55,772 bases of DNA, from positions 1 through 55,772 of the forward strand of contig KZ538657.1 of the NCBI GenBank assembly GCA_000934665.2. Direction: 5' to 3'. Shown one piece after another: positions 1 to 11,600 of the stretch (positions within the stretch are counted from its first letter, which is position 1; the number at the start of each line of letters is the position of its first letter). A program made the translations under genes and the position numbers. The notes beneath the pieces were generated by a model. That model did no database searches. It worked only from the letters and a program-made list of their open reading frames with translations, and was not told where the DNA came from. Source of the DNA: Catajapyx aquilonaris (lineage: Eukaryota).

Positions 1-3000
1 TACGTCCCGATGCATCGAGTGAAAAATTGAAGCTTCCTCATTACAATGGGGAAGTAGCCTTCACTTTGGAAACTACATAATAAATTCGCCCATATTTTTT
101 GGATTTTTTTGGTATATTCCGTTTTAAGATATCAGTTCCAGTTCCGGAGTAATTGGGGTTTTTATGTAGGGAAATGGTGACGTCACTGTTTCCCTAGAAA
201 ATGTTGACGTCACGCGAAGTGAAATGAACGCAAAAATGGTGTTATAGCACGCGCCCCGTCATTGTTGTAAAATGCTTCGCTGTTGTTGGTTGTTAGCAAC
301 CGTCCCATTCCGTGAGCAAGATAGCGGCCGGGGCGCGTATTTATTCCAGGCCGCTCAAATCGCTTCTGGGCTGACAGTGGTGCCAACTGTTAGGAATTAT
401 CTGTCACCCGAATTCGGCACATGAAGGCCCCTTTTCTCCACCTCGATGGCCTACAGCCGCCTTGCGAATCGTTTCCGTCGTGTCCGCGGTTAATTCAAAG
501 TCAAAAATTCCTCATATCTCGCAGTCAACCAGGCATTTCAATGTACCCTTTCGATTGGCACCACCCGGCTGCCCCGTTTTTCCTCGGTTTTAACCTCGGT
601 TTTAAAATTACATTTGAAAATTTTGTATCAGAATTTAAAAAATATATATTTGATGATAATACAATCTGAACATGAAGGCATCACTCCAACACTTCTGAGA
701 CCAAACACACGAACGTATCTACCTGCTCTTCTTTCCTCTGTCTTTCCTGGTGCCTTGTGGCAGGTTCTATCGATATGCACTGTACAGTACAGTATTGTTC
801 GGTATTGTTGATCTCGGCACTCCCCGAAATACTCCAACAGTTAATTGTTACAATACCCTACGTGTAGAGTACTGCAGTTATTCTTGCCAACCTGCCGGTT
901 GTTCTATTGTTTTCATTGTTGAATATGAAATGTTGATTATTTTAGAACGTGAGTGAGAGAGGCAGATCCATCCTTTGGGCTTGTTGACAGCGAGGGTTGC
1001 TAGGCAATTGGAAAAGCTGCTGAAAACCGCCCTTAGACTCATAAAAGTGCGGTTTTTGGACTTTTCCCGGGGTCACCGATATGTAAGACATGGCTGTGAG
1101 AAATTCCAGCGCTCTCCGTACCCGGGAAGTGGCTTAAATAGGCTGACATACATATATTAATAAGTACAAATATTGAGATATATAGGGATTTTTATAGCTG
1201 AAAATGAAGGTCAGAATTTGTCGCTATTTTAAAAAGACAAACGATCTCCGCTTCTGTGGAACCTAGGATGACTCTTCCTTCAGTTTTTGTTTTATAGCTC
1301 TTTTGAAGAAGCTTTCAATCGTACCTTACACTTTTAATTTATACCGTAAGTTTAAGGCTTTAAGCTCTAGAAATGAAAAACCTCTGGATGGGGGTGTGGT
1401 CCTAAAGTTTCGGGAAAGACTAAGTGGTACGTGGGCAGGTCAGTTTATAGGTTAACATGGTTTATATTCTTCAATCTATATACATAGCAACAGTGAAGGC
1501 ATTTGTTTCCTGAGAAAATGTGAATTAAATCTTCTTATTTCTCGCATATAACACTATCCCGTTCATAACGCTACTTTTGGGAGGTCCCTAGAAGAGCGTT
1601 ATATGATATCGAGATTTTACTGTATTTGCTCGAGTCAACAATAATCCCCGTCCACTATGAAGTGACTACACAACAATCCCAAGAATGAAATTTTTGCTGA
1701 TTCTGTGAGTAAGCGATGAGTCGACTGGCAGCACCGATGCGAATAGCTAATGCGAGGGTTGAAATGGACATAATTTGGGGCCAGCTGTTATCCTAGTCAG
1801 CACCAGCATCCCTCCCGCAAGTAGGCGCAAATGAATCTCTAACAAGGCATTTAACGTCAGGAGTCCTTGGTCACGTTTGTTCATTAACCGCAGTTGGGAT
1901 TTCCATTATGCTGTCGACGTGGAGTGGCAATTAGATCAGTGGCATTTTGTTTCCCGTACAAATCCGGGCCAGCATTCATCGTGGTCTGTCCGGTCTGCTC
2001 TGATCAAACCCCCCGATTCGAAAGAACGCTGAACAGTCGAAATACTGGTTGAAAAACGTAGCTGCAAAGTTATTATCTGCTTGACGTATTCACCGCTGCC
2101 TTTTTCTGAACTTTGACCCAATCATCAGGGCGGGAAACGGGCATCCCTTTTTTGATCCGGATTAGGCCCGAGTGCCATGAATCAATATCCGAAATAACAG
2201 AGGGGGGGAGCTAGGCAGGCATCCCAGCTAGGCGGATCGGGTTGCCATCATTCGCTGAGTCCAACCGAAACAAAAAAGGTATCGCTGAGACCAACCCTAG
2301 GGAGCCTTCTGTTCAGATTAATCATAAATTTAGCCCTGGAAGCACCACCTAACACGGACCTAATCTGCAGCTAATCTTTCCCTAGGCCCGGTTTCAGGTT
2401 GCACCAGGACTAAATGTCAACCACACTGACTCAAGAGGTACTTGTTGGCCGATTGGTATTTGGCCAGGCTGACATTTGGCCCCACCTATTTGACTCCTGG
2501 GGCCCATTCTGGCTGACGGGGGAAAGGTTTTCGGGTATAGAGATGGCCGTTTAGGGACCTGCACAAGTGTCAACTTGTCCCAGTCAGGTGGCGACACTAT
2601 GTTTGGATCAAATTAGTAGCTGCAGTAGCTGCGGTGTATATCCACATAAAGGCCTATTTCCTTCCTAGCTGTCGGAGGGACAGCCAAACCCATTTGGTGG
2701 ATGCAACTGGCTAACAAACCACATTGTTCAGTCCATTCCTCCCTCCCTCCCTTTGGATGCCACTTCTCTATCTTTTCTCCCACCCCATCCTACCAAAGTT
2801 GCCCTTGCAAAAGGTTCTGATTGCATTTCTCTTCTTCCTTATTGGCCCGTGGCAGAGCTGAGGGGAGGCGGCAAGCGGGCGAAACCAGTTGATTCAATCA
2901 AGCCCAATTGCATTTGCTGCCTAATGGAACCATTTCAGCCATGTTATCACCGTTGCCGGAGCTATTAAAGTTTGCCCGCCCCCCAGCCTGGTCCAATCCG

Positions 3001-3803
3001 CGGGGCTTTGAATGGGGAAATTGGCCCCGGCTGCTGGCCCCATGTGCCACCCTGAAAGCATTGTCAGACTTGCTTACCCCCAACCCTCTGCACCTACCCT
3101 TCCCGCACATCCAGTTTCAAAAGATGGGGGGGCTAAAAAAAGGCCCTTTTTGTAGTGCTATTTTGTCGCTTTGGGCAATCCCTGTGGTGCAAATTTGCTG
3201 ACAGTCAGACACAATTGGCGGTGAATTGAGGTAGGGGACTCGGAAGGGAGGCTGTTGCTGCCGTATCACATCTAAAGCATATGCTTTTTTTCCCCCTGCC
3301 TGTATAGGGGTGATGTAGGAGGGGCGACGCATCATGTTAAAAAGATGCCCATGCCACTTTTCCAGTGAATGGCTCCCCTGAGAGAGACATGCAGCTTCAA
3401 AGGCCAGAGTGGGGCGCGCTTTTTTGTTTTAATGCCGCCTTTTAATTTGGCTCAAACTGATTAGAGCCAGCCTCGAGACCTTTCAGTTGGGGCATTTTTG
3501 TCGGTTTTTAAGGGAGGGTTGGCATATTGTACATATGTCACTGCTATGTATGGGTTTGTATTAAATGTCGGGGAGAATTAATATATGGGTGCAGTGTTGC
3601 TATGATTTTTGTATGAATAAGTATGGTTAGGAAGAGTGTAGTCAATTTTATATCAGGTGTGTTTACACTACGAGGTCGTATCGACCGCGATGAGGAACGA
3701 GCGTTCAAGTTTGGTCCACATGGGTATTGTTGTTTTCGTTTTTGGGTCGTTGCAATTTACCAATTTGTTGTTGCGCGAATTGATCCACTGGCACCTAAAG
3801 GTC

Positions 3804-3919
3804 TATTCTCATATCTGCGAATAGTCGAAAAATCGCAAGGAGTGTTTTCATTTATTGTTGCTCAACAATAAATGAAAACACTCCTTGCGATTTTTCGACT
3901 ATTCGCAGATATGAGAATA
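3804..3919. repeat. Perfect inverted repeat, 57-bp arms, 2-nt spacer
   Basis: 3804-3860 is the exact reverse complement of 3863-3919. Confidence 0.95.
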
Positions 3920-4035
3920 TACCTTAAGTCCTGAGATCAGTGGTTGAACTCAATTATTGGAGTCTAAACGCTCTTGCGTTACTTAAAAGTAATGCATTTA
4001 CATTCGACCGATTAACAGCTAATATTTTTGATAAC

Positions 4036-4366
4036 GGGAGACGGAGTGGCGCCGCGGTAACGCGTGCGCTCACGGAAGTTAAGGTCCCGGGTTCAATCCC
4101 CACCCGGGGTTCCCACCTTCTTTCGTGCAGAGTTGGGCCATCTCTGGCTTCGTTTCGGGTGGGATTATCCGCTAGACTAACCCACCCGGGGGAGTTCACA
4201 AAATTACAATATAACGACATTGCACTTGCACTTCGCACATCCCCTCCTAATTACCCTTGGAGCAATTAGAAATACGTATATGTATCGCTCCAAACCACAA
4301 ATGGTGGTAACCCACCCCCCTAGAAATGGCCTATCGGCCAGATAACGGGGTACAGGAAAAAAAAAA
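4036..4366 (+). mobile_element. tRNA-derived SINE (family A)
   Basis: Pol III A box TGGCGCCGCGG and B box GGTTCAATCC at tRNA spacing; poly(A) tail; 8-bp TSD TTGATAAC at 4028-4035 and 4367-4374. Confidence 0.85.
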
Positions 4367-4688
4367 TTGATAACCAGTTAGTACGATCATTGCTCCAGTA
4401 ACTTCTTAACTAAGCAGTTTGGTTCCAAAATAATTGTTAAGCATAATGGACATTTCAGTGATTATTAAACATAGGCCTACACACAATACACACAAATATT
4501 ATTGTTTTTTAAACCATCCCATCGCACTGGTAGGCCTACATTTAGACACCTTTGTCATTCTATGCCTATTCGGATCGGAGTTCGGAGGTGTTTTCAGTTG
4601 CGTCACTGACACTCTCAACTTATGTCTTGTGTAATAGTATAGGCCTAAGTGAAACGCAATTTTCAATATTATTTCTCTTCCTTTTAAT

Positions 4689-4776
4689 GGCCGGTTTGAT
4701 AAAAAACCCGGTTCTTTCGGAAAATCCCTATTCTATTTGCAGGGATTTTCCAAAACCAGGCTCGGTGAAACCGGCC
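4689..4776. repeat. Short imperfect foldback (possible MITE)
   Basis: Ends GGCCGGTTT...AAACCGGCC; inner stem GGAAAATCCCT/AGGGATTTTCC. Confidence 0.5.
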
Positions 4777-5352
4777 CTAACTTTGTAAGAACATGAGCTT
4801 GAAACTTGTGAATTTACCATTTTTGGCACTTGAAATGGCCAGGAAATATGATAGGAACCTTCCAGAATTTTAATTTCAATTTTTATGGAAAATAGATAAT
4901 ATTATAAAAGTTATTGCATAAAATTCCAAAAACATAATCTCCATTAACTTTGTAAGTTATATTTAGATAATAAATACCAAAACATAGGTATTAAGCACGA
5001 CTTCTCTGCTGGTATAAAAATATGGAGTTGAGTCAGCAGCGCTATCATGAGTCTGGATGTATCATATATTCTGCCGTAAGGCTAATGCATGCATGAATGT
5101 TAGCCAACAAGTAGCGGAATATTCTTTCAACAGCATGCACAATGTCATAATCTCAGCCATAACTATTTTTTATCCCCTTCGTGGAACACGACAATAATGT
5201 AGCATGTAATACTGTACAATAAACGTGTGTAGATGGCACAGTATTTGCAGCAGCCAGAATCTCTTTCAAAGTAGAGCAACTGCTGTTCCTGCATCTTGAA
5301 CGTTCTCAAGCTATTCCTAAGCAACTCCAGTATTTCATCGAGTCGCAATTAT

Positions 5353-5466
5353 CCTCCTGAGACCCCTGGTACAGTATACTGTACCTTTGTTTTTTCCAGC
5401 ACCTTTTGACTAACTCAAACGCGTAAAAAAAAAGGTACAGTATACTGTACTCCGGGTCTCAGGAGG
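5353..5466. mobile_element. 114-bp piggyBac-like MITE, copy 1
   Basis: TIR CCTCCTGAGACCC/GGGTCTCAGGAGG; 4-bp TSD TTAT on both sides; two internal GTACAGTATACTGTAC palindromes; near-identical copy at 15875. Confidence 0.85.
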
Positions 5467-7634
5467 TTATGCGATCTGAAAAAACTCGACAAAAGACGCA
5501 CACTTTTGTTTCGAATCCACAATAATCAAACAATAATGAGACAATAGGTGCAATGTTGTTATCCTGTCTTATATGCAACAGCACCCTTGCATCACGGACG
5601 GCATAACCTGCAGGCGTAGAAAGTGGCGCAAAATATACAGTACCGTATCAGGCCTGTCTTCAAATTTTACGTCCTCTACAAAATATACAGTATAATGTTG
5701 CTTTTCTGCTAATTTTAAACAGCGCGTAGGCTGCAGCAAAAAAAAAAACAAAAAAAAAAAAAACGTTACCGTATAATGGAAGACAGCCTTTGAAACAATC
5801 GGTTTCCTTGAAAGGCAACTGGAGAAAGGGGCTGGGAAACGTGTTGAAATTTACCGGAGGTGAAAATCAAGTTTTTCAGTGCAGTCGTTACCGCGAAGAG
5901 GAAATTAACTTTATGGTGTTCCTGGCCGCTTCTCGCCCATCAAAGAAACCTGCCTTCCTCCCAAGATGTTTCTCTTCCTCTGCTTCAGGGTTGCAAGGAG
6001 ACACTAGACGAGTCCTTTGACGCATGTTCAATGCTAAACAAATATGACAAGGACAACCTCAAGCAAGTTCAACCTGCATATTGTGGCTGTATATTTAACA
6101 AAAGACTGTCTAAACAAAATGTATAAAGTGCCCGAATCATACTGTACAGTATGTAGTAAATTAAAGGGCTTACTGCAACAATGGGCTAACCCCAAATTAA
6201 ATATAATGAATGTTACTTGTGTCTTTTACTGTCAGTTCGCGTAACAGTTTCATCATCTTCCGATACGTAGTTTACTTGCACGTTTACGCAGTATTATGTT
6301 CTTAGCCCGTCAGGAGCCGACTACAACAAAAAAAGTCGGAGTTTGGAAGGAAAAGCGGCCGGAAAGTTAGTTGGAGCTGGAAAGATTTGGGCTAGGCTGA
6401 GTGAAAATTTCTCCTTATCGATTCATCGGCAGGCTCGGGGTGTCCCATCGAATCTGAAATCTGAAAATGAGCTTGGCGGTGCCCATAGAGGACCTTTTGC
6501 AACGAGGAGCAAGTGGCTCCTAACGAAGCCTTCCCACCCACCCACCCCCCCTGCTCCACTCCCCACCCATCGAAAAAAGGCCGCGTCGCGTCTTATCACC
6601 TCCCCATCGCAGCCGCCGAGGCAAATAATGGCGCCCTAATTGCCAATTTGCTGCCAAATCTCCACCTCCTCCTTCTCTTCTCTTTGGCCCCCCTTCTCCA
6701 AGACTTACTCTTTTCACGGGGATTCTACTTTCGCGAGGGATACTCTTAGACCAACTTCTTGGGCGTCTTACAAATGGCGTCGAGACTGTTTCGGATACTG
6801 AGTGGCCGGGTGGTGTTTTAATCCGGACGATTATTTTGGGAAATGGTGTATTTTTGGTAGATTAATGGTAGGAGTCAAAATTGGAATGTGCTAAATTGCG
6901 AGTAAGTCACCTTCTGCGATTTATTAATGAGTCCCGAGAGACGGACCAAATCTGCATGATAACATTCATCTTCGTTTTCCATCCAGGTCACGGAAAAAAA
7001 AATCAGCTTTACATAACTGCGTGGAATAGGAAAATATTCACCTACGGTTTTTTTTTTATTTGGTCCAATTATTTCGAGGACGTTGTAGAAGTGTGAGCCA
7101 ATAACAGGATTTGTCTATAAATTCGTTGCGTCACGTTGCTGTAGTCCTCTAAATATGTTTGACAGTCGGTGCTTGCAATAACTGCTGCGATATAAAAGGT
7201 GTTGATATTGTTAACTGTTATTAATATTGTTCAAATATGTTGTGTGTAACATATTCTCCATTATTGTTAATGTTCCTTGAAGGAAATAGGCAGTTCTTTC
7301 AAACTAATGAGAGTTGTTGCAAGTATAATGGGAACATTACCATATTTGAATTTTGAAGATCAGAGTCACAACAGACACTTGTATTTTAAATTTCAATATT
7401 GTATTATCCCTTATAAGTGGGATCCCTTTTTCAAAAATACATGTAGAGGATATGTAATTTTTCTAGCAGAAAACGGACTTGTCCATCAGTGACTAGTCTG
7501 TCATAAAATTCCTAGGTCAATTTCAACAAAAATGTGGCCCTTATCGTTCTTGTTTATAATAAGTTACTTTGTCACCATGTGAAGTCTCACATTTAGTGTA
7601 TCAACCAGTATCACCTCCAATAATACATGTCGTG

Positions 7635-7918
7635 ACCGAAGCAGTTTGGAGGAGGGGATATGGTGTCCGACTGCTAATCGGGAGGTCCTGGGATCAAATC
7701 CCGGGGCCGGCAACTCTGACCGTGGTTTTCTGTGGTTTCCCACGGTCCTTCCAGGAAAATTCCGGAGTTGCTTCCGTAATTAATATGCCACAGCCGCTTC
7801 CTTCCGTCCCTATCCTATCCCAAAGAGCACAGTAAGATGAAAAGCAAAGAGTTCCAGGGGAAAACAAACTCGTTCCCCCTTAAAGAGCCGATGGCTGATA
7901 ACGGGGTATGAATTAATT
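7635..7918 (+). mobile_element. tRNA-derived SINE (family B)
   Basis: B-box-like GGATCAAATCC; central GTGGTTTTCTGTGGTTTCCC...CCAGGAAAAT...CCGCTTCCTTCC resembles, from recall, the body of arthropod tRNA-SINEs; 15-bp TSD ATAATACATGTCGTG at 7620-7634 and 7919-7933. Confidence 0.88.
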
Positions 7919-8460
7919 ATAATACATGTCGTGTAAATGTATGCTTACACCACATTATAATACGCCTATTCTTAAGAAAGCACTAACAGCAAAGCTAGTA
8001 ACAAATGTATCGAACATTAATATTTTAATAATCATCCTAACAATTGTACAATATTTGAGAAGGCTCGACCATTTTGTCAAATCCATTTGGCATGAACGAG
8101 AACTATGATATTTGTAAACCAAATTCGTAGCAACAATTACGCACATATCCCACACATGATGGGCATGAACCCCTGACAGATGGGCGTGGTTAGCAGAGCA
8201 TGGAAGGAGTGTGTCGGCCCCCCTAACCCAGCATCCCGATTGGAGCGCTGGGGTTTATGCATCGGGGGATGGCAAATCGATAGGAAGGGCCTGGGATCCA
8301 ATCCGAGAGCCCGGATTCCTCTGCTTCTGCTCACCATCAACCCATCCCACCAACTCGAAAAACAACATCAACTCCCACAATATTTGACGCCTCTTTAATC
8401 GAGGCAGGATCACCTCTTCGGATGGTTATGCCCTCCGGAGTCTGAACTCACTCTTTTTCA

Positions 8461-8655
8461 ATGACCATGGATGTGATTGGGAAAGATAATAAGGGTACTC
8501 ACGACAACTACGAGGGCAGTAGTGGTGGTGGTGGTGGTGGTGGTGGCAATAGTGGTGGAGGCGCCGGTGGTGCAGGTGCTGGTATTCCGTCCCTCGGCAG
8601 TGTCAGGGGTCATACGTCCTTCCTCATAGAAGATATCCTGTTCCACAGACCAAAG
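8461..8655 (+). CDS. bsh: bsh exon 1 (poly-Gly tract, eh1 repressor motif)
   Basis: ATG at 8461 (second ATG at 8467); encodes GHTSFLIEDILFHRPK; donor AAG|gtaagg at 8656. Confidence 0.85.
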
Positions 8656-11600
8656 GTAAGGGTCACACGCGAGTGCTTTTGTTATACCTAAAATATAAAT
8701 ATTATGTCTTTTACGTAGGTAAATTTAGAGTGATTTTAATGCTGCAGTGATCTATGACAAATAGTACTGGAAGGATGCACTAGTTCACGGGATGTAAATT
8801 ACAGTACCGAACATATATTTTTAAATATATTGTGCAGTAATTGAATCGGTTTTAGGAAAAAGGATGTAAGTCACAAAAATACAACTTTTGGAGAATGACA
8901 AAAAACTGTCACTGACTTAGGGCGTTAGTCCAAGAATCATGATATGAGAACATGCTGCTATTCGTGCATGGCTGGCCTGACTGACATCGTTCCTATACCA
9001 AAAGATGCCCCTTGCGTTGTACTATACTATAGACGAATAACCTGAAAATCGCAATTTTGTGACTTACATCCTTTTTCCTAAAACCGATTCAATTATAAGC
9101 ATGGGAGATCTTTACCGAATGCTTTGAAGTTAGTAATGTACACATTGATCATGATCACTGATGCATGATAATGCAGCAGAATGCGGAAGACAGCGAAAGG
9201 CAATATTGTGTGTGTTTCACTTTTTAACGATAGCGAATACTGTACTGAATTCATATATTTAATAATTATTAGTACATAGTCTACACTCTGTATTACTGGT
9301 CAAAATTATAATTATGAGCTATTACTTTTATGCAGCGACACCTGTGTATTTAACGCTTTTGGATAGAGCGTCAAATATTCCCAATGCCGAAGTTTTGTTT
9401 GTTCCCGATGAAAGATTTTCAATGTTCTGCATATCTTTTGGGCATAACGGAAACTGTACAGTTGTAGAAGGGTCACTGAAATGTGAGCCGGTCAACGCAG
9501 ACATGGTCACGAATAAATCCAGGTTAAAATTACTGCGAAGACCACTGAAACACACGTCCTACTCCTGGACCAAATATCCAATACATATTCTGCCTCAGAA
9601 CAATATTATTCTCCGTAGTCAACAGTGGCAATTTTATGGCACGTGTATCGGACGTTTGGTACAGCAGTGAGCAGGTGCTTCATTGGTCCTTATGGAAGTA
9701 AGTCACTCATGAATAAACCATGCATTCCAAGTCTTTATTGAGTGTTTATTTTCCGTCTTCTCCACTCTATTCCATAATTATGTCACTGCGTTGGACCAGG
9801 TCAAGTCAGCAGGGGGTCGCGTCATATTCAAAATATAGGGCGGAATACAGTCTATATTTGGTTTGTGAAGATGGCTGCTGTGTTATTCAAAAATAAATTA
9901 TTCTTGATTTGTTAATGTGCTCCAACAGTTACAAAAATGGGCGTAAAACAACTATAGTGGTTGATATCCGACGATAATATTACGATATCATGCAATCTGT
10001 CTTCTGGTGGTTGACATGTGAATTTGGAAATATGTGGACTACGGATCGAATCAACTGCATAAGTGATTTCGCTTCTCATTTTGACAAATGCAGCGTGTAC
10101 ATGTCGAGTGTCTGTCGTCGACTTTGCCGAAGTATAAAATATTTCTAAGAATCTCTGGACAGTTACGTCATTTTCAGCACATTTGACATCAAACCCAAGC
10201 AAAACCTTCCAAGCCACCCGAAAAATACGACCTTTGTGTTAATTATGTAGGGCAACAACACACTGTAGCTATTTCGCATCTAACTATAGTTTAAGTGTTA
10301 CAACGGCAGGTTTTATCGACACCATATGGGTAGTCAAAAGCACGTTTTGACTGATGTTGCATAAACGGTGGGCTATACAGTCCTTATATAAGTTGGGCTA
10401 CATTGTTAAATTAGCCTCGTTCCAAGAGGACTTCCTTTCGACCCTTTTCGCCATTTCCTCCCCTTCTACTATCCTCCTCTCCTTTCATCTTTCAAATCTG
10501 ATGACCACAAAATAATAGCCTACTGAATTCAACCGATCCGAAGAAATAGTCATAACCATCCACGCATATGATTTCCCAAGATATCCGGTTCAGATTGACA
10601 CACATTTCAAGGATATTACGTCAGTCTGAAGGTCTCATCTGATTTTGTTACTTTTGGTTCGACTTTCTTCTGGCGCAGCACTTATTGTTTTATTGTGTTA
10701 TAAGGTCGGGCACGTTTTATTATTGGGCTGGAGTATAAAAATACCTCACTGTAATTGACACGAGTGGCTGCTAGCGGCCAATCATTTTTGTGCCGATATA
10801 GGGTATGAGAGACGTAAGAACAGACAATAATATTATCATGCCGGAGGGAAAAACAGACGTAGCTAGTTTGTAATTTGTAATTTAGTCAAGACCGTGACAA
10901 TTTCTCGGGTACGTTTGGAATGTCATATTGTTGATTCCAGGTTTTGGATCAACTCGAGCGTTAACGTTCATGGAATGCCAATTTTTTTAAAAAAAATTAA
11001 TCAAACAGAAACTAATAAGCAATAAGAGAAGACCTCACTGTATGCCAGTATGTATATGTGACAAAATCGAGCTGTAATAAATCGGACCTGCATATTTCCT
11101 CAATGAGGGCAAATAGACGCCTCAGAGGGGACTTGCTGGGGTTGGCTGTGTGGCCATAATGACAGGTCCGATTTGATTATGGCAAGTTTACAGAACCCAC
11201 TACATGGCGGTCGTACAGTACAACCCTTACATCGCATCCCCACGAGGGGTTTAATAATAATGTTTCAGACTAGGAAAATCTCATCGGCACCAAAGGTTCG
11301 ACTGACATCCTTGTCTATCTCTACGAATTATTCTGATAAGTTTAGAAGAATACAGGGTGAGAATCCCTCAACACCTACACATGGCATGGTTGCCTTTTCG
11401 TTCAGTATAATAATTTTTACCTGGTACATCAGTCCAGTGCAGAATACACAAAATATGTAATGGTTCTTACAAGTCCATAACTGAGATTGTGGGCTAATAC
11501 ATAGTGTAAACTCTCCTGGCAGGTATGAGTGACCTTGACTTTTCATTTCAACTAGCTATTAAATTTAAAATACGGTACGATCTCAAGTGTAGAAGGCAGT

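Noticed and set aside
1..1625. Possible DNA transposon remnants (GTTTTAAGATAT-type motifs; GAGATTTTACTGTA end near 1624)
   Set aside because: No matching second TIR or TSD can be found inside the window.
4040..4110. tRNA gene
   Set aside because: A and B boxes are present but there is no clean cloverleaf, and it continues into a body with poly(A) and a TSD, so it is a SINE head. The same applies at 7635, 15155 and 44268.
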